Source: Deltaproteobacteria bacterium (GTDB lineage: Bacteria; UBA10199; SPLOWO2-01-44-7). Taken from it: a stretch of DNA of 39,066 nt. The notes beneath the pieces are model-generated. The model worked only from the letters and a program-made list of their open reading frames with translations, ran no database searches and was not told the DNA's origin. Of this stretch, positions 7,746-15,500 are shown in pieces. Where the stretch lies: the NCBI GenBank assembly GCA_016203765.1, contig JACQMB010000091.1, forward strand, positions 1-39,066. The letters are read 5' to 3'. The number at the start of each line of letters is the position of its first letter. Position 1 is the first letter of the stretch. Both the position numbers and the translations under genes were made by a program.

Positions 7746-10673
7746 TCATTTATTCCTCACTTTGGTCAAATAAGTAATCGCCGGTCCCACATTTAAATCC
7801 TCCAGAACGTGATAGCCGCGCGGGCCTTTCTTTAACTGTGACACTTTGGATTCCGGATCGTTCATGTCGCCAAAAACGATCGCGTCGGCCGGACAGCTCT
7901 GCTGACAGGCCGTCTTGATTTCCCCATCCCTCACCTTCCTGCCAAAATCCTTGGCCTTGTCCTTCCCCTCCTGAATCCGCTGGACGCAAAAAGTGCATTT
8001 TTCCATCACCCCTTTTTCGCGCACGGTCACGTCGGGATTGAGGACCATGGCCAGGGGGCTCTTCTCCTTCCAGAGATATTCAAACCAATTAAACCGCCTC
8101 ACCTTGTAGGGACAATTGTTCGAACAATACCGAGTGCCGACACAGCGGTTGTAGACTTGGACGTTCAACCCCTCTTCGTTATGAAGCGTGGCCAGCGTGG
8201 GACAGACCGTCTCGCACGGGGCGTTTTCGCAATGCTGGCAGAGCATCGGCTGGGAGGTGACGTCGGGATTGTTTTCATCGCCCGAATAGTAACGGTCAAT
8301 CCGAATCCAATGCATCTCGCGGCCCTGCTTGACCCTCTCTTCCCCGACCACGGGAATGTTGTTTTCAGCCTGACAGGCAATCATGCAGGCACTGCAACCG
8401 GTGCAAGCGTTCAGATCGATCGCCATCCCCCAGCGGTGCCCTTCATATTTATGTCCGGACCACATGCTGGGGAGAGGGATTACCTCCTCGTTGCCGGCCT
8501 TCGGATTTTTTTGATACTCGGCAAAAGTCGTCTCCTTAATAATCGGCCGTCCATAAACCTGAAAATGCTGTTGGGTGGTGGGGAGTTTCATCCACTGGCC
8601 GGTTTTTTCGATTGTGACCGGCAAAACGGGGGCGGCAAAGGCAAAGGCGTTGGCGCCGAGGTTGTTGCCTACCTGCCCCGCCGCCGTCCGGCCGAAACCC
8701 AAAGGCACGGCGGCCACATCCTCATGCAAGCCGGGTTGAATATAAATGGGAAGTTCGACGGTCGTCCCGTCGTCGGTTTTGAGTTTAACAATATCCCCCT
8801 CTTTCAATTTTTCGGCCTTGGCCTTTTCGGGGGCAAGGGCCACGTAATTTCGCCAGGTCATCTTGGTGACCGGGTCGGGGAGCTCCTTGAGCCAGCCGTT
8901 GTTGGCCGACCGGCCGTCGTAGGCGGGGAGGGTGGGGTAAGTGACCAAGAGGGGACCAGGGACCAGGGACCAGGGACCAGGGACCTTAAGAGTTGGCAAA
9001 ATATTTGTATTAAATTTCCGAAGAGAATATGTGTTTGCCGATCTTCTGGAATCAAAAATGCCATCGCGCAAAACCGTTTCCCAGAAGGTTTGAAAGGAGG
9101 AGGTTAAACCAAATTTCTTGTAAATATTTTCATTCCAATAATTTTTCAAATATTCGTACCATAGTTGTTGGTCCCTGGTCCCTGGTCCCTGGTCCCTGGT
9201 CCATTTCAATAAGCTCTCCTGAAATGCCCTGGTGTTAAACAACGGAGCCACCGCCGGCTGGCGCAGGCTGAGGAGCCCTTCAATCGGTTCGGCGTCCCCC
9301 CAGTTTTCCAGATAATGATGGTCCGGCAGAACCCAGCCGGCCTTCAAGGCGGTCTCATCGACTCGGTCGGCAAAGCTGAGGGTGTGAGGAACTTTGGCCG
9401 CCGCCTCTTCAAAACCGGCGCCCTTGGGAAGCGTGTAGGCCGGATTCGCCTTGTATATCAAAAGACAATCCACGCGCCCCTCTTTCATTTCCCGAATCAA
9501 ATTTTTCAAATCGCTCGTAGCGCGGTTGTTTTGGTGCGAGGGGGTTCCAAACTCAATCGTTTCTCCCTCATTTTCAAAAAGATGATTTAAATGATTGGCC
9601 GCGACGTGCAAGGCTACACCAATTTCCCCTTTCAGGGAATATCCCCCTCCCAGGATCAGCGATTCGCCGCGATGTTTTTGAAGGTCCGCGGCCAGACGGC
9701 GCAGGATGGAAAGGTCAATCCCCGTTTCGGCGGCCGCTTTTTCCATCGGGTATTCCCCCGCCAGTCCCAGCGCGATCTTGATTTCATTGCCGGGCCGAAC
9801 CGGAATATGCAGATCGGCGTTGGAGCCGGTCACGGTGGGATAACTTTCAAAAACAACCAGACGGTTCATCATCCCATCGTGCAGATTGCGGCGCTGAGAA
9901 AATTGTTTGGTAAATTCCACCGGCGAAAGCCAGGTGCCCAAAAAATCGGCTCCAAAAGAAACGATCAACTTGGCCTTGTCGAAACGGTAATGGGGAATGA
10001 AGGCCTCGCCATAGCTTAAACGATTCGCCTCGCGCAATTCTTCCAAAGCAAGGGGTTCATAAACGATCTGCCTGGCATTGGGAAATTGGCTTAAAAATTC
10101 GTCGATCACTTTTTGGGTGGCTGGGCTTTCGATATGGCCGGTCAGAAGGCGAAGAGCGCCGCTCTTTTCTTTTACCTCTTTTAAAATGGCCGCCATCGAT
10201 TGATCCACTTCCTCCCAGGAGACGGCTTCCCAGGATGGACTACGGACTACGGACCGCGCCGTGCCCTGAGCTTGTCGAAGGGGACTACGGACCGGTCCCC
10301 GCAGGCGGTCAGGATCGTAAAGATTCAACAGCGAAGCCTGCCCGCGGGCGCACAATCCGCCCTGATTCATCGGGTGATCGGGGTTTCCCTCCAGCTTGAT
10401 GGGACGACCCTCCCGGACCTTGGCCAGCATCCCGCAAGCGGCGGGGCACTCCCCGCAGGTGGTGGCGTACCAGTTGGCCACACCCGGTGTTACCTCTTCC
10501 GGTTTGTTCAGATAGGGAACGATTTTTTCCACGGGGCGGCGGGCGCACCCGGCCGCCGAGGCCATCGCCAACGCCGCCCCCATCAACTTAAGGAATTCCC
10601 GGCGATCGACCCCTTCGGGACGTTCATCCTGCCCCTGCTCAAACTCCGGATGTTTCCAGTGCTTTTCACTCAT
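7746..10673 (-). CDS. actB: Alternative complex III subunit ActB (molybdopterin-oxidoreductase-like domain fused to a 4Fe-4S domain)
   Basis: Tat signal DRREFLK; REGRPIKLEGNPDHP; CTGCSACMIAC, CQHCENAPCETVCP, CVGTRYCSNNCP, KCTFC...CQQSCP. Confidence 0.96.
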   Translation of the reverse strand: MSEKHWKHPEFEQGQDERPEGVDRREFLKLMGAALAMASAAGCARRPVEKIVPYLNKPEEVTPGVANWYATTCGECPAACGMLAKVREGRPIKLEGNPDHPMNQGGLCARGQASLLNLYDPDRLRGPVRSPLRQAQGTARSVVRSPSWEAVSWEEVDQSMAAILKEVKEKSGALRLLTGHIESPATQKVIDEFLSQFPNARQIVYEPLALEELREANRLSYGEAFIPHYRFDKAKLIVSFGADFLGTWLSPVEFTKQFSQRRNLHDGMMNRLVVFESYPTVTGSNADLHIPVRPGNEIKIALGLAGEYPMEKAAAETGIDLSILRRLAADLQKHRGESLILGGGYSLKGEIGVALHVAANHLNHLFENEGETIEFGTPSHQNNRATSDLKNLIREMKEGRVDCLLIYKANPAYTLPKGAGFEEAAAKVPHTLSFADRVDETALKAGWVLPDHHYLENWGDAEPIEGLLSLRQPAVAPLFNTRAFQESLLKWTRDQGPGTRDQQLWYEYLKNYWNENIYKKFGLTSSFQTFWETVLRDGIFDSRRSANTYSLRKFNTNILPTLKVPGPWSLVPGPLLVTYPTLPAYDGRSANNGWLKELPDPVTKMTWRNYVALAPEKAKAEKLKEGDIVKLKTDDGTTVELPIYIQPGLHEDVAAVPLGFGRTAAGQVGNNLGANAFAFAAPVLPVTIEKTGQWMKLPTTQQHFQVYGRPIIKETTFAEYQKNPKAGNEEVIPLPSMWSGHKYEGHRWGMAIDLNACTGCSACMIACQAENNIPVVGEERVKQGREMHWIRIDRYYSGDENNPDVTSQPMLCQHCENAPCETVCPTLATLHNEEGLNVQVYNRCVGTRYCSNNCPYKVRRFNWFEYLWKEKSPLAMVLNPDVTVREKGVMEKCTFCVQRIQEGKDKAKDFGRKVRDGEIKTACQQSCPADAIVFGDMNDPESKVSQLKKGPRGYHVLEDLNVGPAITYLTKVRNK
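8952..8986. repeat. Heptamer array GGGACCA x5 inside actB
   Basis: Read directly; encodes KVPGPWSLVPGP. Confidence 0.95.
9169..9203. repeat. Heptamer array TGGTCCC x5 inside actB, inverted relative to 8952-8986
   Basis: Read directly; encodes WTRDQGPGTRDQ. Confidence 0.95.
10237..10295. repeat. GGACTAC heptamers interrupted by the REP-like motif CCCTGAGCTTGTCGAAGGG, inside actB
   Basis: Read directly; encodes VRSPLRQAQGTARSVVRSP. Confidence 0.8.
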
Positions 10674-10675
10674 AA

Positions 10676-11215
10676 CTAATGGTGACAGGTATCACAGCTC
10701 GTCGGCGCCTTTTCCTTCCGATGACACTCGACGCAAAATCCCATGTTCAACCGCTCCTGTTGGGTAACCTTTTGCATCCGCTCTACCTTCCCATGACACT
10801 TCTCGCAAGCAATCCCTTTGGCGATATGCCTCTTGTGCGAAAAAAAGACAAAATCGGCCACATCATGGACCTTGACCCATTCCAACGAATCCCCCTGTTC
10901 GATCAGAGTCTTCATCTTTTGAATGTGCGGCGAGTCGATCCTGACCACCGAGTGGCAGTTCATGCAGACATTCATGCTGGGAATGGTGGCATGCCTCGAT
11001 TGATCAGCCGCCGCATGGCAATATTGGCAGTCAATCTTTAGCTGGCCGGCGTGAAGTTCGTGGCTGAAGGGAATCGGCTGATCCGGGGCGTAGCCTCGGT
11101 TGTCCCCCAGCTTATACCAGAACCAAAAAACCCCCAAACCCAGCCCGCTGGCCAGGGCGAGAGGCAAAATGGTTTTCAACCGGCTTGATTTTAGTTTAAT
11201 CAACGTCCGCATCAC
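10676..11215 (-). CDS. actA: Alternative complex III pentaheme cytochrome c ActA
   Basis: One TM helix, GYAPDQPIPFSHELHAG, five CxxCH motifs. Confidence 0.95.
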   Translation of the reverse strand: MMRTLIKLKSSRLKTILPLALASGLGLGVFWFWYKLGDNRGYAPDQPIPFSHELHAGQLKIDCQYCHAAADQSRHATIPSMNVCMNCHSVVRIDSPHIQKMKTLIEQGDSLEWVKVHDVADFVFFSHKRHIAKGIACEKCHGKVERMQKVTQQERLNMGFCVECHRKEKAPTSCDTCHH

Positions 11216-11265
11216 GAAAATGGTACGCGGTTTTTAGGAGAAGCGGCCCGGAATGTAAAGGATAT

Positions 11266-11325
11266 TTACCGAATTTCCAGCACCGCCTCCGGCCCTTGGG
11301 CCGGGGGGGAGCCCTTCAGGGAGGC
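11266..11325 (-). repeat. Orphan copy 3 of the 3' end of the 1158-aa gene
   Basis: Translates ASLKGSPPAQGPEAVLEIR* versus AALKSSPLAQGPEAVLRIQ* at 12583-12642. Confidence 0.88.
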
Positions 11326-11337
11326 AAAATACGAGGC

Positions 11338-11556
11338 CTACCCGGCCATTCTGGAAGCGGTGATTGGAAGTGAAACGGTTTCGAGGCGGGTCAAATCCAA
11401 TTTGGATTTGGCATGATCAATATCAATGCCGACCACATTGCCGGATTTATCAAAATCAACAAGTAGCCCTTGGGCAATCTCGCGTGTTTCCACGCTTTTT
11501 TTGGGGCTTAACTCAATATAAAGGGAATCGGTGTCACGATAATAGTTGAGTTTCAT
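11338..11556 (-). CDS. DUF2283 family small protein (putative antitoxin)
   Basis: MKLNYYRDTDSLYIEL...LLVDFDKSGNVVGIDI pattern; start moved to ATG 11556. Confidence 0.85.
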   Translation of the reverse strand: MKLNYYRDTDSLYIELSPKKSVETREIAQGLLVDFDKSGNVVGIDIDHAKSKLDLTRLETVSLPITASRMAG

Positions 11557-11797
11557 GAGATCTTTTGAATTTATGGACGGCAGGATAGCCGATACGAAAA
11601 ACACGGAACAACCTGTTCGGAAAGGCCTTCATAGCCTTCAGCGCCACCTTCAGCTCATCCCTGCCAATAAAATATTTTCCCGAATCAGGTTCAATCGCAA
11701 TAATCCTCCCCTTATATTTTGGGATAAGATGCCGCAACAGCCTCCGGTAAACTCTTTCCCCCTTACTGCTCAACCTTTTAAGCTTCTTCTCGACCAT
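11534..11797 (-). CDS. Small basic protein, DUF5678-like
   Basis: KYKGRIIAIEPDSGKYFIG...A..A...FP...RIG pattern; low GC; own putative promoter. Confidence 0.65.
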   Translation of the reverse strand: MVEKKLKRLSSKGERVYRRLLRHLIPKYKGRIIAIEPDSGKYFIGRDELKVALKAMKAFPNRLFRVFRIGYPAVHKFKRSHETQLLS

Positions 11798-11805
11798 ACA
11801 GATAC

Positions 11806-11834
11806 AAGTTATTTTAAGCCGATCCGTTTGTCAA
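11806..11834 (-). promoter_or_regulatory. Putative sigma70 promoter, probably leaderless transcript
   Basis: TTGACA-17 nt-TAACTT, 8 nt before ATG 11797; no SD. Confidence 0.55.
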
Positions 11835-11843
11835 CGGCGGCTC

Positions 11844-11940
11844 TCACCAATCCGTAGCACCGCCCCCGTCCCTTGGGCCAGGGGGGAGCTCTTCAGGGGG
11901 CGAGGACTTTTTTGGCCCCCCTCCCCCACGCCTTGGTGAT
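11844..11940 (-). repeat. Orphan copy 2 of the 3' end of the 1158-aa gene (with 1-nt indels)
   Basis: Aligns with 12583-12680, including exact CCTTGGGCCAGGGGGGAGCTCTTCAGGG. Confidence 0.92.
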
Positions 11941-11987
11941 TCCGCAGTTGTCTCCACACTGTCTAAACCCCCTCTGTTTGGATGCTG

Positions 11988-12320
11988 CTATGGAATTGCC
12001 AGAAAGGAGGCGTCCGAATCGTCTAAAAAAAAACGGATTTCTTCTTGGTAACTACGAATGATTGCTTCGAGGTCTTTTGTTTTAACATTGCCTGTTCTTA
12101 ACCAAATCACTTTTGGCGGAAATCCAAAAAGAAAACTCCGCTGATGAAAATCGGAGTCCTTAGAAACAATGACGTAACCATGAGACTTCGCAAATTCCCA
12201 AACAACCTCATCCTCCGCCTGTTTCAGGCCGTGATCCCTAACGTGTGATGCGCCGGGAAATAAACCCGAGAGACTTTGAACCAAGCGGGGGGAGATGTTT
12301 TGATCCAAAAGGAATTTCAC
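11988..12320 (-). CDS. DUF5615 PIN-like (VapC45-like) toxin
   Basis: MKFLLDQNISP, D..VWEFA, IVSKDSDF, PPKVIWLRTGN. Confidence 0.9.
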   Translation of the reverse strand: MKFLLDQNISPRLVQSLSGLFPGASHVRDHGLKQAEDEVVWEFAKSHGYVIVSKDSDFHQRSFLFGFPPKVIWLRTGNVKTKDLEAIIRSYQEEIRFFLDDSDASFLAIP

Positions 12321-12541
12321 CTGGACAAAGTCTGGAGTCTTCGCTCTCGATCTGCAGCGAACGTCAAGCAGGCTTTAATATCTTCCAGGGTCAAATCAGG
12401 AAAATCTTTAAGGATTTCCTCAACCGTCATTCCGGAGGCTAAATAATCCAACACCTCATAAACGGTGATACGCAAGCCGCGGATACAGGGTTTGCCCCCT
12501 CTTTTGCCAGGCTCGATGGTGATGTGCTTTTGATAATCCAT
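12317..12541 (-). CDS. DUF433 family antitoxin
   Basis: ITIEPGKRGGKPCIRGLRITV...GMTVEEILKDFPDLTLEDIKACL; 4-nt overlap with the PIN gene; start moved to ATG 12541. Confidence 0.92.
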   Translation of the reverse strand: MDYQKHITIEPGKRGGKPCIRGLRITVYEVLDYLASGMTVEEILKDFPDLTLEDIKACLTFAADRERRLQTLSR

Positions 12542-12547
12542 ATTGCA

Positions 12548-12576
12548 AGAATGGAGCAACCCCAAAAAAAGGTCAA
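12548..12576 (-). promoter_or_regulatory. Putative sigma70 promoter, probably leaderless transcript
   Basis: TTGACC-17 nt-CATTCT, 6 nt before ATG 12541. Confidence 0.45.
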
Positions 12577-12582
12577 GTCCTT

Positions 12583-15500
12583 TCACTGAATCCGCAACAC
12601 CGCCTCCGGTCCTTGGGCCAGGGGGGAGCTCTTCAGGGCGGCGAGGATTTTTGTGGCCCCCGTCCCCCACGCCTTCGTGACGGCGTATCTTCCGCCGCCC
12701 AAATCGCTGATCCGGAGCTTGGCGTAGTTCCGGGCTTGATTTTTCTCTCCCACCGCCAGCGGCGAGGGGTTGACAAGACTTCCGTCGGCGTGCACTTGCA
12801 TCTGCCAGATGATTTCGGAGGGTCTTTGGCCTTTCTCTTCGGCCACGGTTTGAAACATCGCCTCAATGTCGCTCGGCTCCATTGTGGAAAGATCGTCTGT
12901 GCGCAAAGCCCTCAAACCGATCCAGCCGTCGGCGCGGATGGTCAAAACCTCCTTCAGCCCCTCCGCTCTTCTCAAACCCTCCACCACATTTTTGGCCCCC
13001 GTCCCCCGTGCTTTCGTGACGGCGTATCTCCCGCCGCCCAAATCGCTGATCCGGAGCTTGGCGTAGCCGTAGCCCTTATTTTCCTCCCCCACCGCCAACG
13101 GCGAGGGGTTGACAAGACTTCCGTCGGCTTGCACCAGCGTCTGCCAGATGATCTCGGAGGGTCTTTGGCCTTTCTCTTCGGCCGCGGCTTGAAACATCGC
13201 CTCGATGTCGCCCGTCTCCATTGTGGAGAGATCGTCTTTATGCAAAGCCCTCAAACCGATCCAGCCGTCACTGCGGATGGTCAAAACCTCCTTCAGTCCC
13301 TCCGATCTTCTCAAACCCTCCACCACATTTCTGGCCCTCGTCCCCCGCGCCTTCGTGACGGCGTATCTTCCGCCTCCCAAATCGCTGATCTGGATTTTGG
13401 CGTAGTTTGTGGATTGATTTTCCTCCCCCACCGCCAGCGACGAGGGGTTGCTAAGACTTCCGTCGGCTTGCACCAGCGTCTGCCAGATGATCTCGGAGGG
13501 TCTTTGGCCTTTCTCTTTGGCCACGGCTTGAAACATCGCCTCGATGTCGCCCGTCTCCATTGTGAAAAGATCGTCTTTGCGCAAAGCCCTCAAACCGATC
13601 CAGCCGTCACTGCGGATGGTCAAAACCTCCTTCAGCCCCTCCGCTCTTCTCAAACCCTCCACCACATTTTTGGCCCCCGTCCCCCGTGCTTTCGTGACGG
13701 CGTATCTCCCGCCGCCCAAATCGCCGATCCGGAGCTTGGCGTAGTCCCGGGATTGATTTTCTTCCCCCACCGCCAGCGGCGAGGGGTTGCTAAGACTTCC
13801 GTCGGCTTGCACTCGCGTCTGCCAGATGATCTCGGAGGGTCTTTGGCCTTTTTCCCCGGCCACCAGATCAAAAAGAGTCTCCAAATCGGCCGGAGCGGTC
13901 TGGTCCAACGCATCCAGACGCCCTGGCCTGAAATAGTCACCCAAAATGCGCCTCCCCAGATGACGCTCCACATATTTTTTGCCAACCAGATTCCCCAAAG
14001 CCTTAAAGAAATTTCTCCGGACCCCCGGATTTTCGGGGGAAACCCCCTCTTCCAAATAGCGCCTCAAGGTTTCAGTCTTAATGCCGGAAACGGCTCCCAA
14101 CATCCCTCCGTATCTCCGAATCACCATGTAGCGAGCCGCCTTGAGAAGGGCCTGTTCATTGTCGGGAAGATGTTGCGGCATCGGATGCCGCGTCTCGTAA
14201 TAGCGAAGACGATCCAGCGCCCAGGCGTGCAAAAGAAAACCGGACTCTCTTGAATCCAGCCCCAGGGCCTCCGCCAGTCTCTCCACCGTCAGTCTCGCGT
14301 TGGGGACAAACCGCCCGGCCAGAAGGTCTTCCGACAACTCCTGCGAATATCCCAAACCAAACGCGATCGCGCCGGCATTGGGAACGGGGGACAATTGCCT
14401 CAAATAACGCCCCAAATTTTCCCCCGCCGCCTCCCCAAACAGGTCAATCGTTAATACATCGGTATCCTTTAATACCTCCCTCCCGCCGCGGGGGCCTGCG
14501 GGACGAGCGGATTTCAAAGGAGATCCCCTTTTAATCTCGCCGGCCTCCAAAATATAAACGCTCGGATCAAAGGCGGTCAGGCCCGGATGACGAAAAAACA
14601 TCCCGGCCAAATCGACAAACAGGGGGGCGCTTTGGGCCCCCAGATGCGCCCCCACCGACTGGAGGGCGTAGCGCAAGCCCCCGGCTCGCTCCACCCCGGC
14701 AAAAATCACCGCGGCTAGGGGGTCGCTTTGAAACTCGTCCACCCCTTCCACCAGCGCTTCCACGTGGATCACAATCGGGCGGACCCCCAAGACAAAATCG
14801 CGCCAGTCCAGATCCCGCCTCGCCTCGATTTCGGGATCGCCCGATATCACCAGGGCCGCCCGGTCCCGATAACGCCCCTCGGCTTGCAAACGGGCGGCCA
14901 AGGCCATGGCTTCCTCACGGCTCCCGGCGTAGACCGCCATCCTCGGTATTTTTTCCTCCCGGCTCAGTTCTCTATCCAGCTGAACGATGGTTTCTTCTAA
15001 ATGCTCCACCCTCTCGACCAAACCCAACTCCCCCCACGCCTCATGCACCGGCTTGTCCGTCGCCAAAGGTTTGGGCAGATAGACCCTTGTCTCCGGTTTG
15101 ATCACCAGTCCCTGTTTGAGAAGGGAGGGAAGGTCCTCCGAAAAAATCAGCCCCTTGGCCCCGCCGTAAATGCCGGCCGCCCCTTCCGCGACCGACTCGG
15201 TCAGGCCCAACAAAAATTGCCCCTCGACCTTTTGAATCTGAAAATCGGGACTCAAAAATCCCCCCTCCACCAGGACGCGAATGAACCGGCTCCGGTCTTT
15301 GTCCTCCGGGTCATCCTCGATCGGACGAACATGATGCTCCTTGTCCAAGATCACCACTCCCGCCCTGGCAAGCGCCCCGCGCAAGTCCGGCCCCTCCATC
15401 CGGCTCAACTCATGAATCGAGGCCAGGCGGATTTTAATCCCGTCCCTCTCGAAAATCGCTTGTTCTTTGTCTTGAATCGTTTCGCCCGTCAGACGGGAAA

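Noticed and set aside
11266-12680. CRISPR array or classical integron
   Set aside because: The repeats are 60-100 bp gene-end copies with gene-sized spacers; I saw no cas genes, no integrase and no attC-type structure
12640-13915. Diversity-generating retroelement TR/VR pair
   Set aside because: No reverse transcriptase in the window, all copies are in-frame coding, and the differences are not confined to adenines of any one copy
12613-14253. 546-aa + strand ORF and three 66-aa ORFs
   Set aside because: Antisense to the 1158-aa gene; their length and periodicity come from the 339-bp repeat
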